Assembly (NCBI GenBank): GCA_016186145.1
Contig: JACPMF010000009.1
Coordinates: forward strand, 17,505-81,504
Direction of reading: 5' to 3'
Origin: Candidatus Sungiibacteriota bacterium
Lineage (GTDB): Bacteria; Patescibacteriota; Minisyncoccia; Sungbacterales; SURF-37
DNA length: 64,000 bases
Both the position numbers and the translations under genes were made by a program. A model generated the notes under the pieces. The model ran no database searches, had not been told where the DNA came from, and saw only the letters and a program-made list of their open reading frames with translations. Of the stretch, positions 49,351 to 59,108 are shown one piece after another (positions within the stretch are counted from its first letter, which is position 1; the number at the start of each line of letters is the position of its first letter).

Positions 49351-50109
49351 ATGGCACTCGAATTTGAACTCAAAAAACTTGGATTTTCCGACAAGGAAGC
49401 GAAAGTCTACCTTGCCCTCCTGGAACTCGGCGCCTCACCGGTACAGCCGGTTTCGGAGAAAGCCGGGGTAAATCGCGCAACAACCTATGTGGTACTGGAA
49501 ACCCTCCGAAGCCGCGGGGCCGCCAGTACTGTCGAGAAAGAAGGCAAAACAATGTTTATCGCGGAAAGCCCGCGCACTCTTTTGCGGCTCTTCCGCGCGC
49601 AGGAGCAGGAATTAAAAGAGAAGCAAGAGGCATTCAAAAAAGTTCTCCCGGAACTTGAAGCGGTCTTCAACATCGCGACCGGAAGGCCAAAAGTAAAATT
49701 CTTTGAGGGGCCCGAGGGAGTCCGGGCAGTCCGAGAAGACATTCTGCAATCGGGAGCAAAAATCCTTTATGACATCTATTCCCTTGAATACGTCAACCAG
49801 ATTATGTCTCTTTTTTCCGAAGAGGAAGTAAATGAATATGTAAAAAGACAACAGGAAGCCGGAATGACCATAAAATCCCTCTATACCAGCGAGACCGGCC
49901 CATCTACCGAATTCAAACTCACCGGCGAGCGCAAATTCTTGCCAAAGGAAAAATTTCCTATTGCTGGCGACATTTTAATCTACGAAGATCGGGTCTCCCT
50001 TACCACGCTTCGCGGCAGAATCATGAGTGTAATCATAGAGAGTAAAGAGATCGCCGACACCATGCGGCTTGTGTTTGATCTTGCTTGGCTTGGCGCTGAC
50101 CATATTTAA
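49351..50109 (+). CDS. TrmB-family transcriptional regulator
   Basis: N-terminal wHTH (EAKVYLALLELGASPVQPVSEKAGVNRATTYVVLETL..RG), TrmB-like C-terminal domain. TATAAT 12 nt before the ATG (near-leaderless). Confidence 0.65.
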   Translation: MALEFELKKLGFSDKEAKVYLALLELGASPVQPVSEKAGVNRATTYVVLETLRSRGAASTVEKEGKTMFIAESPRTLLRLFRAQEQELKEKQEAFKKVLPELEAVFNIATGRPKVKFFEGPEGVRAVREDILQSGAKILYDIYSLEYVNQIMSLFSEEEVNEYVKRQQEAGMTIKSLYTSETGPSTEFKLTGERKFLPKEKFPIAGDILIYEDRVSLTTLRGRIMSVIIESKEIADTMRLVFDLAWLGADHI

Positions 50110-50581
50110 ACTACCAAAGCACTACTAAATAAGTTCGGCCCGGAGCGCAGATTTTCGCGCCCCGGGCCATTTTGCGTTTCTACGAACATATCAGAACCGC
50201 AGACCGCTTCGATCAGAGATTTTTCCAAAAGAACGAACCCAATCTCGAGCATCAAAATCAGCCCTTACTTGGATTCGCCCATCGGACACCTCCTTTCGCT
50301 CTTGATACGACATGCCTAGGGTTCGTAGGTGTAGGGCCGGTCCGCCAAGGTGCAGCGGACCAAGCCCCATCCCTTAGGCATCGCCCACGATCGCCACCCC
50401 CTCTCAAGCCAGAATTATCTCCATTATAGCTGATTGACAACTTCTTGTCAATGTATCTTAACAAAACATCTTTGCTTTGCAGTCACTCGTATCACATACT
50501 GCGCTGACATTTCCTTTTGGCAAAAAATTGGCTTAAAATATCAGTTTTTTGAGCCATGTCCATAGAATTTGTTAAAAGGGC

Positions 50582-50610
50582 TTGACAAAGTTTTTAGATA
50601 GGTATATAAT
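50582..50610 (+). promoter_or_regulatory. consensus sigma70-type promoter (TTGACA - 17 bp - TATAAT)
   Basis: Exact match to both hexamers with a 17-bp spacer: cTTGACAaagtttttagataggtaTATAATtac. Confidence 0.6.
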
Positions 50611-50617
50611 TACTTTA

Positions 50618-51330
50618 TAACAGTACCTTGCCAGGAAATTATTCCTGCCAAGTGGCGTGCGGCTAAAGGATTACAAGCCGAGCCCTTGCGGACATTATGG
50701 AACCCGGGAATAAACAACATTATGTATCCGCCACAGGCGGATCAGTCCCGATCCGTTCCAAGAGTGCCGATTTTAGTCCTTTACTCGCATCATTCTTGGC
50801 AGGAATAGCTTATCACCCGCTCTCTTGAGCCATGGGAACACTAGCCCCGCACCAATTTTGCCTTATCAAACCGTAGGTTTTGTAAGTAAAAAGGAGGGGC
50901 AAAACACTTGAGCGAAGTGCGTGTGCCGGAACCCCGCAGTAGAGTAAGGCTCACTACGGGGCAAGTAGGCACGGATTCTGAAATAAGGGCGACCTGCCCC
51001 GTAGGGAACGCGAAGCGTTATCCTTCGGGGAGCACTTCGCCACAGAGTGGTAATGCAAAATTGGTGCTGGGGTATTTTCAAAATAGGCCCGATTTTAATA
51101 AAGGGCAGGCCCTTCGAGGACCAATGGCTCAAAAGAACGGGTGATTAGTTCAACTTTTAAAGAAAGGGTAGAGGTAACCCCCGATGAAGTTGCGGATAAT
51201 TCGCGGCAAGGAGAAACGGATTCCGATCCGTCTTCCGTTGCCGCCGGTTGGACGCCCGCATAGCACGCCGAAGGGCGCGCGTGGGTATAATCGTTCTGAA
51301 ACGCGGCGCCTGGAACGCGCCGCAAAGGAG
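50618..51330 (+). ncRNA. candidate structured non-coding RNA / very long leader downstream of the consensus promoter
   Basis: No convincing ORF for ~700 nt. Many local and long-range complementarities (e.g. cctgccaag/cttggcagg 140 nt apart; atccgccacaggcggat). Class not recognised. Confidence 0.3.
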
Positions 51331-51337
51331 GGACGTG

Positions 51338-51631
51338 ATGAGTGATCAGAAGGTGGTGATCGAGGTGTTCGCATGTGGCGCCTGTCATGCCGTGAAAGGC
51401 ATGGCGAGCACGATGTTCAACACCACGATCGACGGCCGGCGGCTGATCTTGTGCCGCCGCGACGCGGCGTCGGCGAGGACGAATGGCCTGAAGGTCTTTC
51501 CCCTCTCGGCCACGCTCGCGCGCGACGCGCGACAGGCCGCGGCTCGCGAGGCCTCAAAGGACTTCTGGGCCGACTTCGGTCGCCGAAAGACCGAAAAGGC
51601 CCTGCGGCGACCGGCGATCCGGATCACGTAG
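51338..51631 (+). CDS. hypothetical protein (very GC-rich)
   Basis: AAAGGAGGG RBS 5 nt before the ATG; 97 aa; composition is foreign to the rest of the window. Confidence 0.35.
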   Translation: MSDQKVVIEVFACGACHAVKGMASTMFNTTIDGRRLILCRRDAASARTNGLKVFPLSATLARDARQAAAREASKDFWADFGRRKTEKALRRPAIRIT

Positions 51632-52117
51632 CGCCCGCTCTCGGTTAACGCGGATATCGCGGGCAGGAAACCCGCGGTGGGACGCGAAGCGTCTCCGAGA
51701 GCAAGAGTCCATCCCGCAAACCAGCGGGATTCCCGAGGCGGCCCTGGGTGCGACGTCTCCCAGGCAAACCGAATGCTCTGCCGCCACAGAGCGTACCCGG
51801 GAAACCATTTGCCGCGAATTGGGGCGCGGCATTGGGAAATTGGAGCCGCTGGCGAGGCGGGTAAGCGCGAGGGCATTTCGCCCCGCGACCGAGACCAATG
51901 AAGGATTCTCATCTCCCCTTCACGCAAGAGGATGGCGTGGGCAACGCGTGCCGCCCGCCGCCCCAACCGGGGCCTGCGGAGCGAGTACGGCCAAAGGGGC
52001 GAGCCAGCGGAAAGCCGCGGCCGCCCCATCCTCCGTTCTTCCGAGTTTCTTATTCCAATGTTCTTGAGAACATTGGAATAAAGATTCGGAAGAGCGAAAG
52101 CTCAAAGTTCTTTTGAC

Positions 52118-52243
52118 ATGAATCCCGTTAGAGATATGAAACTTAAATCTTTTTATGCGAAACTAACAGCAATTGTTAGTTCATAAGTTGCCAGATAGTC
52201 AAGATGTGGAAACCTTAGGTTTCCTATCTCTAACGGGATGAAG
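52118..52243. mobile_element. MITE-like hairpin element, copy E (ATGAAtcccgttagagata ... tatctctaacgggATGAAg)
   Basis: Perfect 14-bp termini, ATGAA direct repeat; the right-hand ATGAA supplies the ATG of the ORF at 52238. Confidence 0.55.
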
Positions 52244-52477
52244 AGGGCAAAACCCGTCTTCAGGTTCGTGGGTGAACCACGGCCGGGCGTCCGGGCCCAG
52301 CTCGAGATCGCGCTCGCGGTCCAGTCGTTCTTCTTCTCGGTCACCGAGAAGGGGCTGGATCGAGCGGCAATCGAGCAGGAGCTCGGAAAGGAGCTCTCCG
52401 ACCTCAAGGCGCAGATGCGCGTCCTCGAGGTGGAAGTCTCCGGCCCTGCGTGGTTTGCCGAACTCTTCCGCTCGTAA
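52238..52477 (+). CDS. hypothetical small protein (GC-rich)
   Basis: 79 aa; start codon within the target duplication of element E. Confidence 0.3.
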   Translation: MKRAKPVFRFVGEPRPGVRAQLEIALAVQSFFFSVTEKGLDRAAIEQELGKELSDLKAQMRVLEVEVSGPAWFAELFRS

Positions 52478-53048
52478 GGGGAAGAGGCGGACCTAGTCGG
52501 TGCCTGCGGTGTCCGACGATAAATCCCGCGAAATCGGGATCCGCCTCTGGCGGAAAACAGGCTAGGAGAGCCATAGAAACGACAAAACTCTCCGCTGGTC
52601 GAGTGAATTCTGATTCTCGACCGCTCTCCAAAGTTTTCAAATCATTCTGAAAGTTTTGGTGGGACAAAACTAGAGGCATAAACCCATACAAAGGAGGAAT
52701 CCATGGAATGTTTGATTTGCGGGGACAAACCCCTGCAGCTGCCCTTGCCCAGACTGCGGCCAGCCGTATCGTGAATGCGGCGACTGCGGGCAAGCGTATT
52801 GCGGTTACCCCGACTACGGGTGCAACTGCTAATAAACGGAGGGGGGACATTCCTTTCCGTGAAGCGGACGGCGAGAATATCCGTCCGCTGTTCTTCCGAG
52901 TCCATCTCATCTATTCTCAAATTCTTAAGAATTTGAGAATGAAGATTGGTTCAGAAGAGCAACAGACACTCTTCCAACAAAACGGTTGAAAAACCTCAAA
53001 AGTATAGTATAATAATGACGTCTTTGCGTGAGACGACTTATTAAAATT

Positions 53049-53099
53049 CCCCCCGTAGCTTAACGGATAAAGCAGCGCTCTTCCCCGCCTGCCAAAGTT
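53049..53099 (+). other. tRNA-like 5' half (acceptor + D-arm) upstream of tRNA-Arg
   Basis: ccccccg-ta-gctt-aacggata-aagc resembles the tRNA 5' end. Its 7 nt are perfectly complementary to cgggggg at 53219-53225. Confidence 0.35.
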
Positions 53100-53171
53100 G
53101 CCCCCGTAGTTCAATGGACAGAACAGGGGCGTTCTAAGCCCTTGATGTGGGTTCGATTCCTACCGGGGGCG
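53100..53171 (+). tRNA. tRNA-Arg (TCT)
   Basis: Manual fold: acceptor gcccccg/cgggggc, D-stem gttc/gaac, anticodon loop gtTCTaa, T-arm gtggg-ttcgatt-cctac. Confidence 0.8.
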
Positions 53172-53226
53172 ATGGCAACGGCGCGCAGGTAAGGCGTTGA
53201 TGGGGGTTCGATTCCCTCCGGGGGGA
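53172..53226 (+). other. tRNA-like 3' half (anticodon-stem 3' strand, variable region, T-arm, acceptor 3' strand)
   Basis: ...aggcg-ttgat-ggggg-ttcgatt-ccctc-cgggggg-a; pairs with the 5' half at 53049-53099. Confidence 0.35.
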
Positions 53227-53292
53227 TTTTGATCTAATTAAAATACCGTTGTGTGAATTTTTAAAAACAAAACTAGTGCTTAGTTGCACTAG

Positions 53293-53622
53293 TTAAACCG
53301 CTCCGGGCCAAGGGCCAAGTGGGGTATGATCAATTTTTTCACATTCGGTTCCCGTATTTTGATATAGACAGTAACTGTCCACTACCTCATAAGGGTAAAA
53401 TTTTCTATTGCCATTATCATTAACGACTGAGATTCCATATAGACTTCCCCAACCAGAATAACTTCCGCTTAACTCTTCACCGTTTCTTAAAGCAACTGAT
53501 ATATGTGTAGAGGGAAGGCCAGTAACGAAACCGATCATTATGCCACCAAATACTGCAAGTATTAAGGCGATAGTGCAATATAAACCGGCGTTACTGTTGA
53601 TGAACTTACGGAGCTTGGGCAT
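53293..53622 (-). CDS. membrane-anchored hypothetical protein
   Basis: N-terminal TM helix (LYCTIALILAVFGGIMIGFV), 109 aa. Confidence 0.35.
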   Translation of the reverse strand: MPKLRKFINSNAGLYCTIALILAVFGGIMIGFVTGLPSTHISVALRNGEELSGSYSGWGSLYGISVVNDNGNRKFYPYEVVDSYCLYQNTGTECEKIDHTPLGPWPGAV

Positions 53623-53812
53623 TTCCTACTCCTTATTTGGGGGTAAATTGAATAAAAGAGCAGCGTACTAAAAATAGCAACGTTCAATAATATAGTCAAC
53701 TTGTTTAGAGACAAAAACGGCTTGCGCTCTATAAAGAATAAATACTGGATATATAAATCCCGTCCAACAGGACGGGATCACCGTTTAAAATTTCAAGACG
53801 CTATCAACTAAT

Positions 53813-54838
53813 CTACTTTTTCTGTGAAGAGTAATACTCAATCAACGGGGCAAGTTCGCGAAGCGCGATTTCGCGCCCCATCGCGACTGCTTTTTGGAGG
53901 TCGCCTCGCCGAAAAGAAAGATACTCCAAAGTCTCGGGAAGTCCGCTCGGTTCAATCACAAAAAGATTAATGTCGCCTCTTGCTCTTGCGAACGCAATTT
54001 CATCTTTCTCAATTCTATTGGTCTTCATGCTGTCGCCGGCAGTAATTCTTTTCAAGGCCGTTCGCGGTTTCCACCTGCGCGTATTTCCGCGAATTGTTTC
54101 GTTAGAATGACAGCGAACGATAATGATCGTATTGCACCCGCTCTGGATCGCTTTCTTGACAGGAAGCGGCCGGTCGTAAGCGCCATCAATATATTCGCGG
54201 TATTCGCCGCGATAATTTATTGCCACAGACGGGAATACGCCGGGTATAGCACACGATGCGGCAACGGCAAGAAGCATCTTAACCGGGTCCGCGACAAATT
54301 CCGGATCTCTGTTTGAAAAATACTCAACCTTTGCGTCAGGAACACGGGTGGCTGCCGCGATAAACTCTTTAGGACAAGAAATTAAATCCGGCGCCCAAAT
54401 TTTTCCGATAAGCCGAAGTATCGGTTCCATTTGGTATATTGCCTCGGCAATACTAAGCGAGTGCCCAACACGGCGAACCTCTTCATACTGAAACAACTCC
54501 GACGGTGTTCCAAATGACACCGCACGGGGTAATTTCAAAAAAAGAGAATGGAACCAATTACGTACCACGAGCGGCAACGAACTTACCGCTCGATAGGCTT
54601 CATACCTGAATAAATCCTTCGGGCTTTTAAATGAAAACCACTCTTTGGCTAATTGCCGAGTTGAAAATCTGTTGCTAAAAAAACTTGCAAGGTTGATGGC
54701 GCCGACCGAGACGCCAATCCCAAGATCAACAGGAATATCGTATTCCTCTATAACGTTAAGGGGGCCGATCTGAAAAGCGCCGACAGAGCCGCCCCCGCCG
54801 CATATTACTGCCGTTTTGGTTGGAGGGATGATAACCAT
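53813..54838 (-). CDS. patatin-like phospholipase
   Basis: Oxyanion GGGGSVG, nucleophile elbow GVSVGA (GxSxG), DGA/DGG region downstream. Confidence 0.75.
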   Translation of the reverse strand: MVIIPPTKTAVICGGGGSVGAFQIGPLNVIEEYDIPVDLGIGVSVGAINLASFFSNRFSTRQLAKEWFSFKSPKDLFRYEAYRAVSSLPLVVRNWFHSLFLKLPRAVSFGTPSELFQYEEVRRVGHSLSIAEAIYQMEPILRLIGKIWAPDLISCPKEFIAAATRVPDAKVEYFSNRDPEFVADPVKMLLAVAASCAIPGVFPSVAINYRGEYREYIDGAYDRPLPVKKAIQSGCNTIIIVRCHSNETIRGNTRRWKPRTALKRITAGDSMKTNRIEKDEIAFARARGDINLFVIEPSGLPETLEYLSFRRGDLQKAVAMGREIALRELAPLIEYYSSQKK

Positions 54839-54949
54839 AAGCCACCTCTTTTGTAAATTTTCAAAAAGCTATTAACCTTACAATACCACAAAAACGCAAA
54901 AATGAAAAGGTTTTTCACTGTTGACATAAGTTTGACTATTATAGTATCT

Positions 54950-55124
54950 TGATAAAATCCGTTCCAAAGACAGCGGGCGCCGCGAGGGCGCTTACGCCGA
55001 GGAGACGGGAAAATGAAGTTAAGTATAAGACCGAAATCGCCGAGGAGGAAGTAACTTCGTTTTCTTGATATCCGCGTCACGTCTTTGGTACGGCAATCCT
55101 ATTGCCGTATTTTTATACAAACCT
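54950..55124 (+). promoter_or_regulatory. ribosomal protein L10 leader region (putative autoregulatory element)
   Basis: ~175-nt structured untranslated region before rplJ, with the hairpin ggcaatcctattgcc. The position matches the known L10(L12)4-binding leader; the class is an inference. Confidence 0.4.
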
Positions 55125-55640
55125 ATGTTGACTAAATCACAAAAAGAAAAAATAGTTGACGACCTCGCGAAAAAATTCGCGGAGGAAAAAATCGTCATTT
55201 TCTCGAAAATACACAAGATCCCGCTCCAACGGCTTGACGATTTGAGAAGGAAACTTAAAAAAATCGGCGCGGAACTTAAGATCGCCAAAAAAACCCTGAT
55301 GAAGCGGGCCGTTGAAATAGCCGGGCTCGCCCTCGATCCGAAAAAACTGGAAGGAGAAGTGGGTATAATATTCGGCTACGAAAATCAAGTTGAAACGGCA
55401 AAGATAATACAAAAATTCAAGAAGGAAAATGACACGCTGCAAATACTTGCCGGGCTCTTGGACAAAAAAATTATCTCGGGGGCAGACGTTGTCGCGCTTG
55501 CGAAACTTCCCTCAAGAGAACAGCTTCTCGCGATGCTTGCGGGAACGCTTGTAGCACCTATACGAAACTTATTAAACGTGTTTCAAGGTAATCAAAGAAA
55601 ATTGGTCGTAGTGCTTACAAAAATAAAAGATAAAAAGTAA
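55125..55640 (+). CDS. rplJ: 50S ribosomal protein L10
   Basis: MLTKSQKEKIVDDLAKKF...; followed by rplL. Confidence 0.9.
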   Translation: MLTKSQKEKIVDDLAKKFAEEKIVIFSKIHKIPLQRLDDLRRKLKKIGAELKIAKKTLMKRAVEIAGLALDPKKLEGEVGIIFGYENQVETAKIIQKFKKENDTLQILAGLLDKKIISGADVVALAKLPSREQLLAMLAGTLVAPIRNLLNVFQGNQRKLVVVLTKIKDKK

Positions 55641-55751
55641 ACCCATCAGCGAATTACGAATCCAACGCGAATATACGAATTTATTTCACACGGCGAAACA
55701 CATTCGTACATTCGTAAAAGATTCGTTATTCGTTGATAGGGCTCAGCGAAT

Positions 55752-56126
55752 ATGGATAAAGAAAAAATCTTAGAAGCCGTCGAAAAAATGTCCGTACTTG
55801 AGCTTTCCGAACTCGTAAAAGCGCTTGAGGAAAAATTCGGCGTATCTGCCGCAGTACCAATGATGGCGGGTGCTGCACCGGCAGCGGCAGAAGAGAGTGG
55901 CGCGAAAGAAGAAAAAACATCTTTTGCTGTTGAACTCAAAGATGCTGGCGGGCAAAAAATTCAGGTTATCAAGGCGCTGCGAGAACTTGTCGGCCTCGGC
56001 CTCAAAGAGGCGAAGGATTTGACAGATGCCGCGCCGAAGGTGGTAAAAGATGGAGTTGACAAAGCAACGGCAGAAGAAATGAAGAAGAAACTGGAGGAAG
56101 CAGGCGCGACGGTGGAAATTAAATAG
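55752..56126 (+). CDS. rplL: 50S ribosomal protein L7/L12
   Basis: N-terminal dimerisation helix, Ala/Glu-rich hinge, conserved C-terminal domain ...[10 protein letters not shown]....P..VK......A....[11 protein letters not shown]. Confidence 0.92.
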   Translation: MDKEKILEAVEKMSVLELSELVKALEEKFGVSAAVPMMAGAAPAAAEESGAKEEKTSFAVELKDAGGQKIQVIKALRELVGLGLKEAKDLTDAAPKVVKDGVDKATAEEMKKKLEEAGATVEIK

Positions 56127-56480
56127 CGCTTCCCGTATGCCGGGATTTTTCAGCTTGCGGTGTAAACTGATACTCGGTATCCATAAAAATTTCCAGACTC
56201 CGATACAAACAAATTTGCGTCGCCCGTTTCACAAAATTTTCGAGAAAATTTGAAGTAAGCAAATTTTCTCTATTTTGTTTCGCGGGCTCCTTAATTTGTA
56301 GTTGTATCTTCGTAATGGAAATTTTTATGGACACCTCGCATATTTTATTCCACCTCCATCAATAAAAAATTCCGGCATACGGCTCGCGCGCCATACACAC
56401 ATACCGCTGCACCGCTATAAATGAATAAAAAGGAAGTGGATAAGAAAAAAGCCGCCCTCGGGCGGCTTTTTAAAATAATC

Positions 56481-57164
56481 TTAACCATATCGTTTTAATA
56501 ATTCCTCTTTGGTCATGGAGCATCTGCTTACGTTTCTGGCCTCGCCCGCGAAGTGTTCTTTTTTCAACTCTTCGGTAATCGGCCCCTCAATAGTAAAACC
56601 CAGTCGTTCCATAAGTTTGGGGTGCTTAGCAACAATCCAAGAGGTTGCGGTAATTTTATCTATATTCTGCAATTCAGGATTTGAAGTAAGTTTATGAGCT
56701 AATTCGCTAAGCCCTTGTCTAATGAGCCCCGGGTCATCTATTTTATCCTGCAAAAGATGAATATGAACCTCGTTTTTATATATCCCATATGCCAACAACC
56801 TGTTCAGTGGAATAAAGCCGCGTTCGATGAAAACTGCACGTATTCTTTCTTCTATCTCTTGTGGTGTAAAGTTTTCGATAACAAAAGCGCGTAACTTTGT
56901 CGCTGCATCGCGGACAAAGTCTTCCGTACTGCGTGTTTGCAATTCCTCAAATATTTTACCCAGTCTTGCTGCTTTTTCTTGAGGCAGGTCAGAAAAAAGG
57001 CGCGATATATCAATAATCAATGCACTAACTTTTTGATCCTGTGGTATGGAGCTCAATAGATTCGCAATTCTTTGTTCGATTGCTTTGGCATTAAAAAACG
57101 AAGTAGCGTTGATTCCTTCTGCTGACGTTGACTTTTCTTGATCTTGTCTTGGCAATCCTTCCAT
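56481..57164 (-). CDS. hypothetical protein
   Basis: 227 aa, no motif recognised. Confidence 0.35.
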   Translation of the reverse strand: MEGLPRQDQEKSTSAEGINATSFFNAKAIEQRIANLLSSIPQDQKVSALIIDISRLFSDLPQEKAARLGKIFEELQTRSTEDFVRDAATKLRAFVIENFTPQEIEERIRAVFIERGFIPLNRLLAYGIYKNEVHIHLLQDKIDDPGLIRQGLSELAHKLTSNPELQNIDKITATSWIVAKHPKLMERLGFTIEGPITEELKKEHFAGEARNVSRCSMTKEELLKRYG

Positions 57165-57173
57165 GGCGGTGTC

Positions 57174-58112
57174 TCATACTTTAAGATATTTTCTTACCGC
57201 AATCGTGCTTGATAGAACACCGAGGCCGATACCGATTGCGGACATAATAAATAGAAATTCAAAAAAGTTTGATGTGAAATATCCAAAAAGGTCTACTTCC
57301 GGGATGAAAAAAGAGATTTTGGGCGAAGCAAGCCAGACAATGGGAAAAAATGCGGTCGAAACAATTGCGCCGGAAAGCGACCCGTGAATAACGCCGGTCA
57401 CCAAAAACGGACCCCGCACAAACCAGTTTGACGCCCCCACAAGCTTCATAATATTAATCTCTTCGCGTGCGGTGTAAATCGCCAAACGAACGGTATTGAA
57501 AGCAACAAGGACCGCGACAAACGAGAGCACAAGCACCAAAACAAGACCGAGCGAACGAACGGTTGAAACAACCGCGGCGAGACGCTCGATTACCGTTGCG
57601 TTCTCAAAGTAATTTATCTTATCAACACTGTCATAGTCTCTCTTCGCCAGAAACTGGGCAACACTTGCAAGCTGATCAGGATTCTGAGCCCTGATATTCA
57701 ACGAAGCGCCCAGCGGGTTTTCCCCCTCAAACTCCGCAAGTGAAGCAATGACTGCCTCGTCGTCTTTATGCCGCTCCGTAAACACGCGGAGCGTCTCTTC
57801 CTGCGAAAGATACGTTACGGTCTTTACCTCTTCAGACGCCGCAAGCTCGTTTTTGATTCTTAAAATATCCTCTTCATCTGCCCCCGGCACAAAATAAAGC
57901 GATATGTCAATTTTATCTTCCAAATCGGCGAGGATTGAACTTGCAACCACCGAAAGCAACAAGAGGCCGCCGATCACAAAAAGCGTCAGCCCGAACATAA
58001 CAATGGTGGCGGTCGACAAGAGGCCATTCCTCCGAAAGCTTAACCATGCGCTTTTGATAACCCTTTTGAGGCTAGTTAGAAACATGCGAATGTTATTTGA
58101 ATTTACGAACAA
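57174..58112 (-). CDS. ftsX: cell-division ABC transporter permease FtsX-like
   Basis: N-terminal TM, large periplasmic loop, C-terminal 3-TM FtsX domain; downstream of ftsE. Confidence 0.8.
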   Translation of the reverse strand: MFVNSNNIRMFLTSLKRVIKSAWLSFRRNGLLSTATIVMFGLTLFVIGGLLLLSVVASSILADLEDKIDISLYFVPGADEEDILRIKNELAASEEVKTVTYLSQEETLRVFTERHKDDEAVIASLAEFEGENPLGASLNIRAQNPDQLASVAQFLAKRDYDSVDKINYFENATVIERLAAVVSTVRSLGLVLVLVLSFVAVLVAFNTVRLAIYTAREEINIMKLVGASNWFVRGPFLVTGVIHGSLSGAIVSTAFFPIVWLASPKISFFIPEVDLFGYFTSNFFEFLFIMSAIGIGLGVLSSTIAVRKYLKV

Positions 58113-58303
58113 CGCGAGTAAATGAAACTATAAAATTGAGCACCCCGTTAGATGCGGAAATATAGTAGTTTTCTGCGCCTGGCAAAGTTATACGCATTAT
58201 ACTTTTTGTAAATTTTTTCATGGTTTGTTCCGCTATCTAACGGGGTAAAGGTTTGGCAACTAAATTTTCTACGCCTGCGGCTTGAAAATTTAGGCCAAGC
58301 CCT
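58113..58303. repeat. composite 3'-UTR repeat, copy B (conserved hairpin + palindromic core ccccgttagatgcgg...ccgctatctaacgggg), inserted between ftsE and ftsX
   Basis: Flanks match copy A (16650-16835) at ~85% identity; the core palindrome differs but is self-complementary. Confidence 0.55.
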
Positions 58304-59038
58304 TTATAAGTGATACATTCCTTTTTCCTCGTCTCGGATAACCCTCCCTTTTTCAAGCGTGATTACTCTTCGTCCCAAATGGTCAACAATGTGTTTATCG
58401 TGCGTCGCAAGAACAACCGTCCTCCCCAACTCATTTATTCTCTCAAGAAGGCGGACAATCTCCCATGTATTCACCGGATCGAGATTGCCGGTTGGTTCGT
58501 CAGCCATAATAACATCCGGTTGGTTCACCAAGGCGCGCGCAATAGCAACGCGCTGGCGCTCCCCGCCGGAGAGCTCGTGCGGAAAGTTATGCATCTTATC
58601 AAGAAGGCCCACTATCTCCAAAACCTCCGGCACGCTTTCGTTGATCTCCTCATCGGGACAACCGGCCGCCTCCAGAGCAAAAGATACGTTTTCGTAAGCG
58701 GTTTTTCCGGGAAGAAGTCGATAGTCTTGAAAAATAGCGCCTATCTTCCTCCTGATCCGCGGAAGTTCGCGCCCGGACAAAGCCGTTATCTCTTCATTGT
58801 CGAGAAAAATCCTTCCTTCGGAGGGCGTATCCTCGGCAATCAAAAGTTTCAACAATGTTGATTTACCGGCGCCGGAGTGACCAACAATGGAAACAAATTC
58901 TTCCGGCTGGATCCTGATAGTAACGCCCAGAAGCGCGGCCGAGACCTCATTATCGGCGCCATGTGAAAATTCAAGCGCTTGTGTCTGCGGCCTGCTCCTC
59001 ACAGGATAAACTTTTGAAACATTATCGAAGAATATCAT
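58304..59038 (-). CDS. ftsE: cell-division ATP-binding protein FtsE
   Basis: Walker [10 protein letters not shown], signature [15 protein letters not shown], Walker [12 protein letters not shown]. Confidence 0.88.
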   Translation of the reverse strand: MIFFDNVSKVYPVRSRPQTQALEFSHGADNEVSAALLGVTIRIQPEEFVSIVGHSGAGKSTLLKLLIAEDTPSEGRIFLDNEEITALSGRELPRIRRKIGAIFQDYRLLPGKTAYENVSFALEAAGCPDEEINESVPEVLEIVGLLDKMHNFPHELSGGERQRVAIARALVNQPDVIMADEPTGNLDPVNTWEIVRLLERINELGRTVVLATHDKHIVDHLGRRVITLEKGRVIRDEEKGMYHL

Positions 59039-59108
59039 GTAATATCAGCGAACCACGAATCGGTTGTGAATTTAGGAATAATCAATTCGCTCATTCGTAG
59101 CAAATTCG

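Noticed and set aside
50618-51330. RNase P RNA, SRP RNA or 6S RNA as the identity of the promoter-driven non-coding region
   Set aside because: I found none of the universally conserved blocks (P4 GGAAAGUCCGGGCUCC / ACAGAANCCGGCUUA for RNase P; GGAAGCAGCC domain IV for SRP); the class remains unknown.
51385-52116. Long ORFs on both strands in the GC-rich block (51385-52029 minus; 51677-52116 plus)
   Set aside because: They are mutually overlapping Arg/Ala/Pro-rich frames of the kind high-GC DNA generates by chance, and they lack RBSs; treated as non-coding.
53049-53226. tmRNA (tRNA-like ends enclosing an insert)
   Set aside because: The span is only ~180 nt, with no tag-peptide reading frame or pseudoknots, and the insert is a complete canonical tRNA-Arg.
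43760-54838. CBASS-like pairing of the nucleotidyltransferase (43760-44533) with the patatin-like phospholipase (53813-54838)
   Set aside because: The two genes are ~10 kb apart, on the same strand but separated by unrelated housekeeping genes and tRNAs, so it is not an operon.
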